From Thraustochytrium aureum (taxonomy: Eukaryota), in contig BLSG01000288.1 of the NCBI GenBank assembly GCA_012862495.1, forward strand, positions 1-33,898: DNA of 33,898 nt. Direction: 5' to 3'. This document shows, one piece after another, positions 11,501 through 22,408 of this stretch; position 1 is the stretch's first letter, and the number at the start of each line of letters is the position of its first letter. Position numbers and translations under genes: made by a program. The notes beneath the pieces are model-generated. The model worked only from the letters and a program-made list of their open reading frames with translations, ran no database searches and had not been told where the DNA came from.

Positions 11501-13926
11501 CTGCTCATGGACATAGCCCGTATCCGAGCCGACTCGACAAGCAGCGGCCAGTGGGCCAGCGCCGCTCACGGCGACACGGCGATGCACAGCCAGCGACTCA
11601 CGCAAAAGTTTGTCGTTCAAGTCCAAGACGCGCTGTGCGTGTGTGGGAACGCGCTGCCGCCGTGGGTGTGGGAGCTAGCGCGCAACTACAAGTTCCTCAT
11701 CCCGCTCGAGGCGCGCATGCTGTTGCTCGAGACAACAGGTTTCGGAATCTCCCGCGCGGCTCTGCGCCTGCGGGAAGACCTGCCAAGAGAGTCGGAGCAA
11801 GGCGACGGCCAGCCTCCTTCCCCCGCAGCCAGGCGTCCCGCCGTCGCAGCCACCTCACAGCTGGCGGGGGCGACGGGAATGGCGAGAGCGGTGCGGATAC
11901 AGAGGACGCCGCGGGCGAAGAGCGCGCTGCCGACGAGGACGAGGACGACTCGGATGGCGCCGGTGCCGAGGAAAGCGAAGAGGACAACAACGCTGGACCT
12001 CGTGGCTCACCACGTCTGGGAAGTGTGCAACAGGCGCTTGGCGCGAGTGATGCTGGTGCTGGTGCAGGTGAAGATGCCGGCTCGCCACGGCTGCCACCGT
12101 TTTCGCGGCGGCGGCCCGTTGTGGGCAGCGTCTCGGCTGCCTCGCCGCCTGCGCGAAGAATGTCGACGCTGAGCTCGCCTGGACTGGAGGCTGACGGGGC
12201 AGGACAAGGTCTCTTTGGTCAGGTGCAAGGGATTTCGCCGCCCAAGGCGATGGACCGCCGACGCGATGTGGTTCGCATTTTGAGCCGCATCGCAAGCGCC
12301 TCGAAGGGCCAGCTCGGCGCTGTGCCCAAGCAAAAGGCCGTCGTACCGCGGGTTCGTGTGTTGGAGGCTGCTATCTTTCTCATGCAGCATAAATCGGCGC
12401 GCAGCCACGTCCTCTCGGTGGACTTTAGCGGGGAGACTGGCCACGGACTTGGCCCAACACTAGAGTTCTATTCGCTCGTCTGCCAAGACTTGCAACGCGT
12501 GGACCTGCAGCTCTGGCGCGCCTTGGAGGAGAGCGAGAAAGATGCTCCGGCGCATGACGGGAGCACGCACGTAAGCAAGATTGGCAAGAGCGGCGAGGGT
12601 GGCAGCGACAATGAGGAGCTTGAGCGTGTCAAGCACGTGTTCTCGCCTCTTGGGCTCTGGCCGGCGCGTCTCCCGGAGAAGGCTTCAGAGTGCTCGAGCC
12701 CAGCGAGCAATGCAAGGGGCGCTTCAGGAGCCCGAAATGGGAGCGCGCGGACCACGAGGTCGTCGAACAGCTCGAGAGCACGTGCAGCTGGAAGCGGTAG
12801 CAGCATGGGTGGTGGCGGCGACAACGTTAGCGAGCGTGGAGAAAGCGCACCTGAAAGTGTTTCAGACGACCAGCCAGGAAGCCTCGATGCCGCTGCGCGT
12901 GCGACACGCCACCATTATGCAATGGGCAGGGCTGCGGCGGGCAACCGGTCGGATAGCGTTGGCGAAGTGAAGCTCGACAAGCCTTCTGTTTTGGCCACGG
13001 AGCACACGCGAGAGCGGGCCCTTCTCTTGTTTCGTTTTATTGGCCGGTTCATCGGAAAGGCGCTTCAAGACCGTCGTCTGCTCGATCTCCCGTTTTCTGT
13101 GCCACTGTGCAAGCTTATTCTTGGGGAGAGCCTTGGTATCGAAGACCTCGCTGGAGTGGACGCCACCCTTGGTCGATCCATCAAGTACCTGCAGTCGCTT
13201 GCCTCGCGGTACAGCGACCTATCGCAGGCAAGTGCGGATGGCTCGGCTGCTGAGTTTAGCGCAGGGGCGCACAAGCAGCGGCAAGCCGCCCTTGAGCAAA
13301 TTTGCGCCATAGTCGACGGCATGTGCCTTGATTTCACCCTACCCGGCGACCCCAGCGTCGAGCTGGTCCCTCAAGGCGCGAACACGTCAGTCACCGCAGA
13401 AGACTTGGCAAAATACGTGCAGCTTGTCGTCGAGCGCGTCCTGCGCGTGGACATCGCCGAGCAAGTCGCCTGCTTGCGGGAGGGGATAAGCGAGCTGATT
13501 CCGGTCGAAGCCTTGCAGGTGCTCACAGCGCTCGAGCTTCAGTCGATCCTCTCGGGCGGGAGCAATATCGAGAAGTGGTCTTGCGAAGTTCTATCTCGCA
13601 ACATTATTTGCAAGCACGGATACGACGCGGATGCGCCGCAAATCAAGGACCTGGTCGCCGTCCTGGCAGAGTTGGAGCAGGTAGACCGCCGCTTGTTCAT
13701 GCAGTTTCTAACGGGCTCGCCGCGCCTCCCCATCGGGGGCTTTGGTGAGCTGCGTCCCAGGCTCACTGTCGTCCGCAAGAATGTGCCGAATCCTGACGAC
13801 ACGCTGCCGTCGTGCAGCACATGTCAGGTCTACCTCAAACTTCCCGCATATACGTCGCGCGAGGTGCTGCGCAAGCGGTTGCTGCAGGCAATCAGGGACG
13901 GCCAGGGTCATTTCGCGCTCGACTAG
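5571..13926 (+). CDS. HECT E3 ubiquitin ligase, TRIP12/HECTD1/UPL3/Ufd4 family (gap 10444-11309; frameshifts ~9200-9260, ~11455, ~11868)
   Basis: N-terminal ARM region (LLAVRALNTILD, ICEKLLQFTDFEVAEQCLKCI, FFDFF...QVRAL); VTLHEMKRAGLVGAL; VLVEPLTLVSD; pre-HECT block RLTQKFVVQVQDAL..CGNALPPWVWELARNYKFLIPLEAR (in the shifted frame 11405-12172); HECT lobes LSVDFSGETGHGLGPTLEFYSLV, FRFIGRFIGKALQDRRLLDLPFS, FMQFLTGSPRLPIGGF, and catalytic region LPSCSTCQVYLKLPAY...GQGHFALD*. Confidence 0.92.
6856..6920 (+). other. RanBP2/NZF-type zinc finger within the HECT ligase
   Basis: W-A-C-P-T-C-T-F-H-N-x6-C-E-M-C matches W-x-C-x2-C-x3-N-x6-C-x2-C. It has the TF dipeptide and the hydrophobic residue before the last Cys typical of ubiquitin-binding NZFs. 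Confidence 0.9.
8634..8860 (+). other. MIB/HERC2 domain within the HECT ligase
   Basis: LQPGSLVRPGRDWEWGSQ...GVV..V.GWGG......A.VLW......NVYRVGADNKFEV follows the MIB-HERC2 consensus G.RV.RG.DW.W..QD..G.G.V....W...V.W..G..N.YR.G. Confidence 0.85.
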
Positions 13927-14069
13927 CTCCTCTACTGCTGAGCTTTTTTGATTGAGCTCGACGAGCTAACAATAGGCTACATGTGCTTTCTTGTTCGTGT
14001 CCTACTGCAAACCCCATTTGTCTTGCTGATGCCGACTCGGGAGGTCGTCGCTTCTCGTCGGCGGCCGCG

Positions 14070-16521
14070 TTAGGCTTCGGCGAGGGGCTCTTCAAAACCG
14101 CGACCGAACCACTTGCGGAGCATGGTCCTGCTCCAGCTCGCCGCTGAGGCGGGGGTGTCGAGGCACATCGGAAACTTGGCATAGTCCAGGTCATTTACCC
14201 ACGCCACTGAGGCATCAACAACGCACTTGTCGTACGCGGATCGATCGTGAGGGCTGCCAAGAAAGCACTTGTGGCGCAACGTGTAAAAACCGGCCACTTG
14301 GCCGCCCCATTGCTTGTTCGCATAGTCGAGGTTTTGAGAGTCGGGCCGCGCGGCACCGGAGACTTGTGGACCCCATGTCGTGGTCTGTGAGCGGGCCTGA
14401 TGAGCGAAAGACATCGCGAGGCCTTCATCTGCAGGATCGATCGATCGCGCGAGCGCAGCGGCCATGTCAAACCACGGCTTGGCTTGGAACGAGGGCACGG
14501 TGCACAAAAGCTTGTCAAGGTCCGATCCGAGTTGCAGGAGGGCTGCGCCGGCGGCCGCTACTTGTTCGGTCGACATCGAGGTATTTACCATCCGCGAGAA
14601 CAACGCGTTGGACCGCTTGGCGAGAGCCTCGCGCCCCACATTGACCAAGTCGTATTGCAGCGTCTGGGGTGCCGGCTTGGAGCCGAAGCCCTCAACTGCC
14701 GCCACCAAGTGCTCCCAAGCCAGCACAACTTTGTCGAGGTCAAACCAGTCCGCCCCAGGGGTGCTCATCGACGAACCAAACGCCTTGGCAGTGACGCCGT
14801 CTGCGTTCTTCTCGGCCAGCCAGTTGAGCCGGCGAGCGAGAGCATCGTTCTGCTCGCCCCCGTAGACAGACTCCTCCAGCGCGCGCCAGGCCTTGTTGGC
14901 ATGTTCTGAGGCCACACCATAGCGCTCTCGGGCCCAGGACTCGAGAAAGTCCTGCACGGATGGCCAAGCGCCTTGCTGCCAGTTCACGTCGAAGAGCATG
15001 TCATAGTACACAGGATTCTGGTCGATGCCTTCCGGAGCGGCCCCGACGCCCGCCACCGCGAGCGGGGCGTATTGGAAGGCGTCGAAAGGCTTGCGGTTGA
15101 GCAGCNNNNNNNNNNNNNNNNNNNNNNNNNNNNNNNNNNNNNNNNNNNNNNNNNNNNNNNNNNNNNNNNNNNNNNNNNNNNNNNNNNNNNNNNNNNNNNN
15201 NNNNNNNNNNNNNNNNNNNNNNNNNNNNNNNNNNNNNNNNNNNNNNNNNNNNNNNNNNNNNNNNNNNNNNNNNNNNNNNNNNNNNNNNNNNNNNNNNNNN
15301 NNNNNNNNNNNNNNNNNNNNNNNNNNNNNNNNNNNNNNNNNNNNNNNNNNNNNNNNNNNNNNNNNNNNNNNNNNNNNNNNNNNNNNNNNNNNNNNNNNNN
15401 NNNNNNNNNNNNNNNNNNNNNNNNNNNNNNNNNNNNNNNNNNNNNNNNNNNNNNNNNNNCGGGGAATTCCTTCCACGAAACCCTTCATGTAGGCAAGGCG
15501 GTCCCCGCCCCAGCCGCGCCAGATCCACCCCTGGTACAGCCACACGGCGCGCGGGTCAACTGCCTGCATGGAAGCAAAAACGGCGCTCGAGTGCGCCATG
15601 GCGAGTGGGTCGGCGTCCACATCCACCGCTTGCCGCAGAGCAGCCGAAGTCGTTTGGTGCGCCGCTCCGCGATGTGCGCCGGCCGGAGCAACGGGGGCAG
15701 CGGGCTCGCTGGGGTCGACGTTGTAGCGACAGTGATCGTTGCCGCGCCCAGCCTGAGCGGATAGCCACGGGCCGCTTTCATGGTTGAAGTAGCCGTCTGC
15801 CTCGTACCAGTGGTCGGTGCCCCAGTCTTGAATCATAGTCTCCAGAAACACGCGCTGTATGTCCTTGAACAGCGGGTCTGTGCCGTCGAGCCACGCGATG
15901 CCAGACCGTGAAAAGTTTGCCTCGGGGTGCGCAGCGCGAAGCGAGCAGGTACATTGCCTTGGAAGGCTGGGAGCACCGCCGCAATTCCAAGCTCTCGCAT
16001 CCGCGCCAGAATCTGCTTTTGCAGCGACCACTGCGCCCGCATTACTTTGAGCGGCAGCCCGCCAGCGCACCCATGCAAGTTTTGGCCTCGCGCCCACGCC
16101 AAGTACGCGATGCCGTTGCACCACTGTGAGAACTCGTCGTCGGAAACACCAAAGCGGGCAAACGTCTTGCGGTAAATTTCTTCCTGGCCCGTGAACGCGA
16201 TGGCGACGTTGATGCCGTTCAGGGCCATCCAGTCCAGCAGCGCTTCCCACTCGTGGAACTGGTACCACACGTACGAGTACGAAAACGTCACCACGTTGCC
16301 AAAGTAGCTTATCGGTGCGTTTCGGCGCCGCTTGAGTGGGCTCCCAATCGGTCGCGCGGCCTTCTCCTCTCGGAACTCCGGCCCAACCTGGTTCCCCCCA
16401 GTGCGATTCCACGAAAACCTCACCCCGTACGCTGCGCGCAGGTACCGCGCAAGCCCGTAGGTGACGTCCGGCCCGGCGGTCCCAACGATTCGAACCCGTC
16501 CCTCCGCGGTATCTTCCACAG
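14070..16521 (-). CDS. NAGLU: Alpha-N-acetylglucosaminidase, glycoside hydrolase family 89 (5' end in gap 16522-17120; internal gap 15106-15459; one frameshift at ~15925-15945)
   Basis: GH89 motifs YFGNVVTFSYSYVW...WEALLDWMALNGIN..IAFTGQE, AYLAWARGQNLHG, LQKQILARMRELG...VLPAFQGNVP, DPRAVWLYQGW, GVGAAPEGIDQNPVYYD, YDLVNVGREAL, ARSQTTTWGP, DYANKQWGG.V..FY..R. Stop TAA at 14072-14070. Confidence 0.93.
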
Positions 16522-17129
16522 NNNNNNNNNNNNNNNNNNNNNNNNNNNNNNNNNNNNNNNNNNNNNNNNNNNNNNNNNNNNNNNNNNNNNNNNNNNNNNN
16601 NNNNNNNNNNNNNNNNNNNNNNNNNNNNNNNNNNNNNNNNNNNNNNNNNNNNNNNNNNNNNNNNNNNNNNNNNNNNNNNNNNNNNNNNNNNNNNNNNNNN
16701 NNNNNNNNNNNNNNNNNNNNNNNNNNNNNNNNNNNNNNNNNNNNNNNNNNNNNNNNNNNNNNNNNNNNNNNNNNNNNNNNNNNNNNNNNNNNNNNNNNNN
16801 NNNNNNNNNNNNNNNNNNNNNNNNNNNNNNNNNNNNNNNNNNNNNNNNNNNNNNNNNNNNNNNNNNNNNNNNNNNNNNNNNNNNNNNNNNNNNNNNNNNN
16901 NNNNNNNNNNNNNNNNNNNNNNNNNNNNNNNNNNNNNNNNNNNNNNNNNNNNNNNNNNNNNNNNNNNNNNNNNNNNNNNNNNNNNNNNNNNNNNNNNNNN
17001 NNNNNNNNNNNNNNNNNNNNNNNNNNNNNNNNNNNNNNNNNNNNNNNNNNNNNNNNNNNNNNNNNNNNNNNNNNNNNNNNNNNNNNNNNNNNNNNNNNNN
17101 NNNNNNNNNNNNNNNNNNNNCGCGTGCGT

Positions 17130-17290
17130 GCCTGCCAGATCCCTGGCGCGAACAGCACGGACCGAGCGCGGGCCTGCCAGGATCCCTGGTGCGACCGAGC
17201 GCGGACCGAGCGCGGGCCTGCCAGATCCCTGGCGCGAACGAGCACGGACCGAGTGCTTGCCTGCCAGGTCCCTGGCGCGAACGAGCACGG
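17130..17290. repeat. ~43-bp GC-rich tandem minisatellite, about 4 visible copies, probably continuing into gap 16522-17120
   Basis: Unit ~GCCTGCCAGATCCCTGGCGCGAACGAGCACGGACCGAGCGCGG starts at 17130, 17172, 17216 and 17259 (spacings 42, 44, 43), with no unique spacers. Confidence 0.9.
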
Positions 17291-17394
17291 CTCCCACGGC
17301 TTGAGCGCGAAGGAACGGATGTCTGCGGACGCAGCGGCGCGCCAAGTCGAGTGCGCACGCGGAGGCCAACGCGGGAGCTGCTCCGGGAGCGATC

Positions 17395-20300
17395 ATGCTG
17401 CGGTGGGTTGTTAGGGTGGCTGCGACGGACGGCCCGCCGACGGGTGCTACGAGCCGGAAACTGCTCGCTGAGGCGCTTCGGGCCCCCGCCGAGACGCTTC
17501 CCAGCGAAAGCCCGAGCAGGGACGCGGACGAAGAGAGCGGGGGTGCGGACTCTGAGGTGGCAGCAGCGGCGCCGGACAGCAGCACGACCGGGCGGCACGC
17601 ATCTGGTCCCACGTCCGAGGATCCTGGCTCGAGCGATGCTGCGTTGGTGAAGGTGGTTGCCTATGCAGCTCTTCAAAAGGTGTCTGGACCGACGCTGGCC
17701 TGGCTTGGGCCTGCGATCGCCTTCGTGGCTATGCGCGACCTGACCGATGTCGAGGCGCAGCCCGACGTGGTCGCAGCTGCAGCTGCAGCGCTGCGACGCG
17801 CTCCAGCTCCATCAATCATCAGCCTGCTCCTTCGCCCTGGTGTTGAGGAGGCGCTTAAGAGGGCCGTCCGCGCCCACGTTGCGGCAATGAGCAGCTTAGC
17901 ACCGCTCCTGCTGCAGGTGTGGTTTGCGCTAGGCCACGATGGCGTCGCGGCCAGCTTGCACGACTTTGAGTCACGTGACGCCGAGCGCCTCGCCGTGCAG
18001 CGCTGCGAGGACCGCGTGATAGAGGTGTGGCGAGTCGTTGCCGAACTCACAGTTAGCGCGTCTGACTACGTAGCAGCGGAGGCGTTTCGCCTTGTGGACC
18101 TCCTCGTCGACGCGGCAGGCCTCGAATCATTCCTAGCAGGGGCTGATAGCCCGTTTGGGCGCTCGTCCTGCGCGCAAGCCCCGGGCGCTCGGAGAGCGCG
18201 GCTCTTGCGCCACGTGCTAGACCAGCTCGTCCCTCGCGTTCGCCTCGTCCTGCTCCGAAGCGCAAGCCTGTGGCCTCGCCAGGGCATCGCGCACAAGCTG
18301 TCGCGCGGGGTACCATCCGAGCGACCGTTTTTACCCCTGCGACTGTTGACGAGCTCGCTCCTCCCGGACTTGCACGGCACAGCCGACTCCGTTGGGATGC
18401 ACGATGCAAAAGAGTTGGAAGGAGGCTCAGAGTCCTACACCGAGGCGGCAGCGGAATAGCACTTGGCACAAGCGGGTCGTTCAGCGACGTCATCGGCGGC
18501 GTGATCGGCCGCCAGCGCTCGCGCAGCCGTAGCAACTCCCTAGACGGACTCGGGAACGACTCAAGCGGGGCGTTCGCACTCGCGGTGGACGACGAGAGCG
18601 CCCCTGGCTCGTTGACCCCTCGCGTTACCGAGGCGACGTCAATGATGGACTTTGGCGGGGCAACAGAGTACGCGGTTTTGGCAGCGCGATTCGCAGCTGG
18701 TGCGAGAAGCATCCGAGTGGCCCTTAGTGTTGTGCAGCAAGCCTTCGTTGCAAGGGCCCCGGATCACGTGCGTCGTAGGCTCGACGGCGAGGACTTGGCA
18801 CTCCTGCCGCTGCATTCAGAGGTTGCGGTTGAGTCAGTTCCAGGCGAACCAGAGGGTGGGTACCACCAAGAGATTGCGCAGGACATTGCTGTCGAGTGGC
18901 TCGAAAGCGACCTTCTGCCGAACGTCCGGCTAGCTGCGGTCCCGTTCAGAAGTGTTGAGGCGGGCCTTGCGGCGCTCGATCTCGCTGGCACAGTTGCGGA
19001 AATTGGTCAGGCCCGAGGGAGGCTCATCTGCGAGCAGGTTGCCAGCGGGCTCGTCCAGACGCTAGCGGCAATGCGGCGCGCAGCCTCGCTGAGGGACTTG
19101 CCGGATCCAGCCCGCGTTGCATTCTTTGCAAGGGCCGTCCGGGGGGTCATCCGTGCCGCGGGCCGCGTCGCCGCCGAACGCTTCGGCCTCGACTCGCCGA
19201 GCAGCGCACAGATACTTGCGCGCGCTCTCGTGGAGACCGCGACGTGCCCTTATGCGAGCGCCAGCTACTTGAAGGAGGATCCCACCGCGCTAGGACCAGC
19301 GCAAGAACTGACCAGGCACGCGGAGCAAGGGTCGTTCCTCAACTTGCTCTTTGAGCTCTGGGACGAGATATTCTCGCTGGGGCTGCCAGCCAAGGAGCTT
19401 TGGTCCCTCCTCTCCGCCAAGGACCCCGGGGTGCTTCAAGAGATCCTCAGAAACAGCTCGGGCTCGTCAAAGACGCGCTATGCACTGTGTTTTACGATGT
19501 TAGGATCAATCCTCGCAGCAGAGCCTCCTCTAGGCGGCTCGAGCAATCTCGCCCTGCGGCGGGCCAACTGGGCCGAGCTTGCGCTGTGCACGTTGGAGAT
19601 CACCAACAGCAGTCTGACTTGGGACCACGTCTCGCAGGCCTTCAACGTGAGCGCGAGCTACATTGTGCTAACGGAGCGCATGCTGTCGGCTCTTTCAACA
19701 GCACAGCCTGCCCAAGCGGAGGCGCTGCCGCGCGTCGAAGCCCTGCTTGAGCGCCTTGTGCTGTCAAACCTCCCGTACGGCGGGTTTTTACCCGCTGACA
19801 AGGCCAAGCTGCTATGGGTCGTGTCGTGCAACGCCGAAATGCTCAGCCTGCATGCCGCGCAAAGCCTCCTCGAAGCTTTGTTCGACGACCTCGAGCTCAA
19901 GTGCACGTCGTATCAAATGGAGCTTGACGCAGGGCCGCTAGCCCTGCTCTGCGACTGCATCGCCAACGTGTCAGTGCGGAAGGGCGAGATCGCAAGGCAG
20001 GCCGAGGAGTCCTTAAAACGCGNNNNNNNNNNNNNNNNNNNNNNNNNNNNNNNNNNNNNNNNNNNNNNNNNNNNNNNNNNNNNNNNNNNNNNNNNNNNNN
20101 NNNNNNNNNNNNNNNNNNNNNNNNNNNNNNNNNNNNNNNNNNNNNNNNNNNNNNNNNNNNNNNNNNNNNNNNNNNNNNNNNNNNNNNNNNNNNGGCCGAG
20201 GAGTCCTTAAAACGCGCGATAGCTGAGGCTCGCGGCGGGGCGCGCACAATGCAAGACACTCTTAATGAGTGCTGCTCGCGCATCTGCAGAGCGGCGGCTC

Positions 20301-21982
20301 CCGCAGGACCAGTCCGCCGTGCTTTGCCGTTACACTCTGGTCAATGTGGTGTTGGAGGTTTGGCAGCCGCCCCACCACCATCAGCGGCCGAGCGCGAGCT
20401 CTTCTTGAGCCCGATGCAAGAGCGCCTCTTCGCTGGAAACTCGGGCTGCCTCTTCCCGATGCAGTTCCGGCGGCGGATATCCGGCTCGCTCGACCCGCTG
20501 GCAGTGCACTGCCAAGCAGCCGTCAACATGAGCGACGGCGCTATTTCGCTGACGATATGTGTCACAAACGCGACGGAAGAGGTTTGCCCAGGCGGCCTTC
20601 GAATCCTCGTTGGAACGCGTGGCGCTCTCGCTGTCTCTAGCAAGGCATCTCAGCTGCAGACGCTCGCCCCGGTCCTTCCTGGAGCCTCGGTTCGATTTCA
20701 GGTCCAGCTCAGCGCATTCGGGTTCGATAATTCTGCAAAGCGGTACAGGCCCGTCGCTGAGCCCTCCGATCCCAGCGAGCTTGACGAGGAGATTGCCGCC
20801 GCTGTGGTCTCCAGCATCGAGTTTGCGCGCAAGAAAGGCAGCGGCAAATCGATCAAAGCCATCATTCGAAACTCGCCAGCGGGGGGCGGCGCCCTGCCTG
20901 GCCCACGCTCGCCGTCAGTCCGGCACCCGGCATCCCCGGCGCAAGCCATTGGCCCGAAATCCCTCTCCGTAAGCGGGGCGAGCCCTGTCGTCCCGCAGCG
21001 GCGGCGGGCCAACCTTGGTCTCCGAACAGTTCGCCGCATACGGCGGCCAAGCCTGAGAACTACCTGGCCAAAGTTTGGGCCTCTAGCTAGCACTTCGGAC
21101 TCTGTTGATGACACGGGCGAGGGGGCTCCAGGAGCGCTCGGTGGAAAATTAAGCCCGGGCTCTTTCACGAGCCCAGCGACGCCAACGCGGACCCGCGCTG
21201 GAGGCGAGTACTCTGCTGGGGACATCACGCCCCGCTCTGCGAGAGCGGGCGTAGGGCCGCGCGACGCTCGGGCTGGCCTTGCCGTTGATGAGATGCTCTT
21301 GGCCGAGCCCGTACTCGCACTCGAGGACGTCGAGTTGAGCGAGTTTTTGGCTGAGCGGGAAGGCGCTGACTTGCTCATGCGGGAGGCATGTGTTTGCATG
21401 TGCAACGGCGACCAGCAGGTCCATTTGGACCCGATTTCATTCCCCGTTGGAATGTTCGTTGAGGCGGCGACAGCGATTAATCCAGAAACCGCGAGCGTCC
21501 GTTTCAAGTCAGTGCGCCCGGGGTCGTGGCTCGGGCGAACGGCCTTCCAGGTTGCTTGGGAAGACCTACGGTTTCCTTATTTTGCAACCACGACACACGC
21601 TACGGCGCCGGAAGAAACTGTGTTGGCGCTTGAGTTGCCCTTTGCCGCATTTGCGCGGGTCGACTTGAGGGCTCGAGTAGGACTCGGTGTAGCGCAAGCG
21701 GCTTGGATTGGGTTCACGTGGAGTGGATTCATCTTGGCCGTCTCAGTCTCCGTTTCGCCACAAGTCGGGTCTGCCAGATCAACCGGCACCTGGGAGCTCC
21801 GGACCGATGCGCCGGGGATCTGGTTTGGCTGGGCTGAGCGCGGCAGGTTCCCTGCCTTTTTCCGCTCGCTGCTCCTCGCCGACCAGCGTGTCGAGGCCGC
21901 CTCTGCAGCGGATCGAACGCGGGCCAAGCTTCTGGGTCACTCGGCGGACAACCTCCACGTCGCGCCGCCCGATCCTACGTGA
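17395..21982 (+). CDS. Large beta-adaptin/beta-COP-like coat subunit, best resembling TPLATE (TSET complex); start uncertain (ATG 17319 or 17395), frameshift at ~18444, spurious gap 20023-20193
   Basis: About 900 aa of Leu/Ala-rich predicted alpha-solenoid, followed by an appendage-like segment ISGSLDPLAVHCQAAVNMSDGAISLTICVTNATE...LRILVGTRGAL...VRFQVQLSAFGFD and a platform-like segment AFQVAWEDL...FARV...AWIGFTWSGFILAV...TWELRTD. Collapsing the 23-bp overlap across the gap joins ORFs 18270 and 20249 in frame. Family assignment rests on recalled similarity. Confidence 0.55.
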
Positions 21983-22408
21983 CTGCCCTTGGCCTGGAGC
22001 AGCAACGATAGAAGCCGCGTTTTGATTGAGTTGGTCGAACCAACTCGATCGAGACCATAGTCCAGCGGCGGCGCGAGCGCGAAGGAATCCGTATCCGCGT
22101 ATCCGCTCTTCTCCGCACGCAAGGCCGGACCGGCCCTCGCCTAGCGCTCTCGAGCGCTAGTAGCACGAGCGAGTCGCTGCGGAGCTGTTTTTCCCAGCAA
22201 CCCACTCGATGAACACACACAGGAGTGCAGTGCATGAAGAACGGATCTAACGGATACATCTCTTCGAGTCGGACGAAGGGTCGAGTTGGCGCCAATTCAG
22301 GATGCGCCAGACCGTCATTGCGCCAGTCATTGTGTGTGCGCACGCGCCCTGCGCGCTGGCTGCGTGCGACTCGGGCTGCGGTGCTCGAGGCTAGGCGCAC
22401 GGCCGACA

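Noticed and set aside
17130..17290. CRISPR-like array
   Set aside because: Units are head-to-tail with no unique spacers, there are no cas genes, and the context is eukaryotic; it is a minisatellite.
14070..17612. Single 1180-aa minus-strand ORF extending NAGLU to 17612
   Set aside because: The part right of the gap is the antisense of the minisatellite and the TPLATE-like gene, and the real NAGLU N-terminal region is in another frame (15833..17245 track).
20000..20216. Target-site duplication of a mobile element hidden in the gap
   Set aside because: The duplicate sits exactly at the contig ends and collapsing it restores the reading frame, which is typical of an unmerged overlap.
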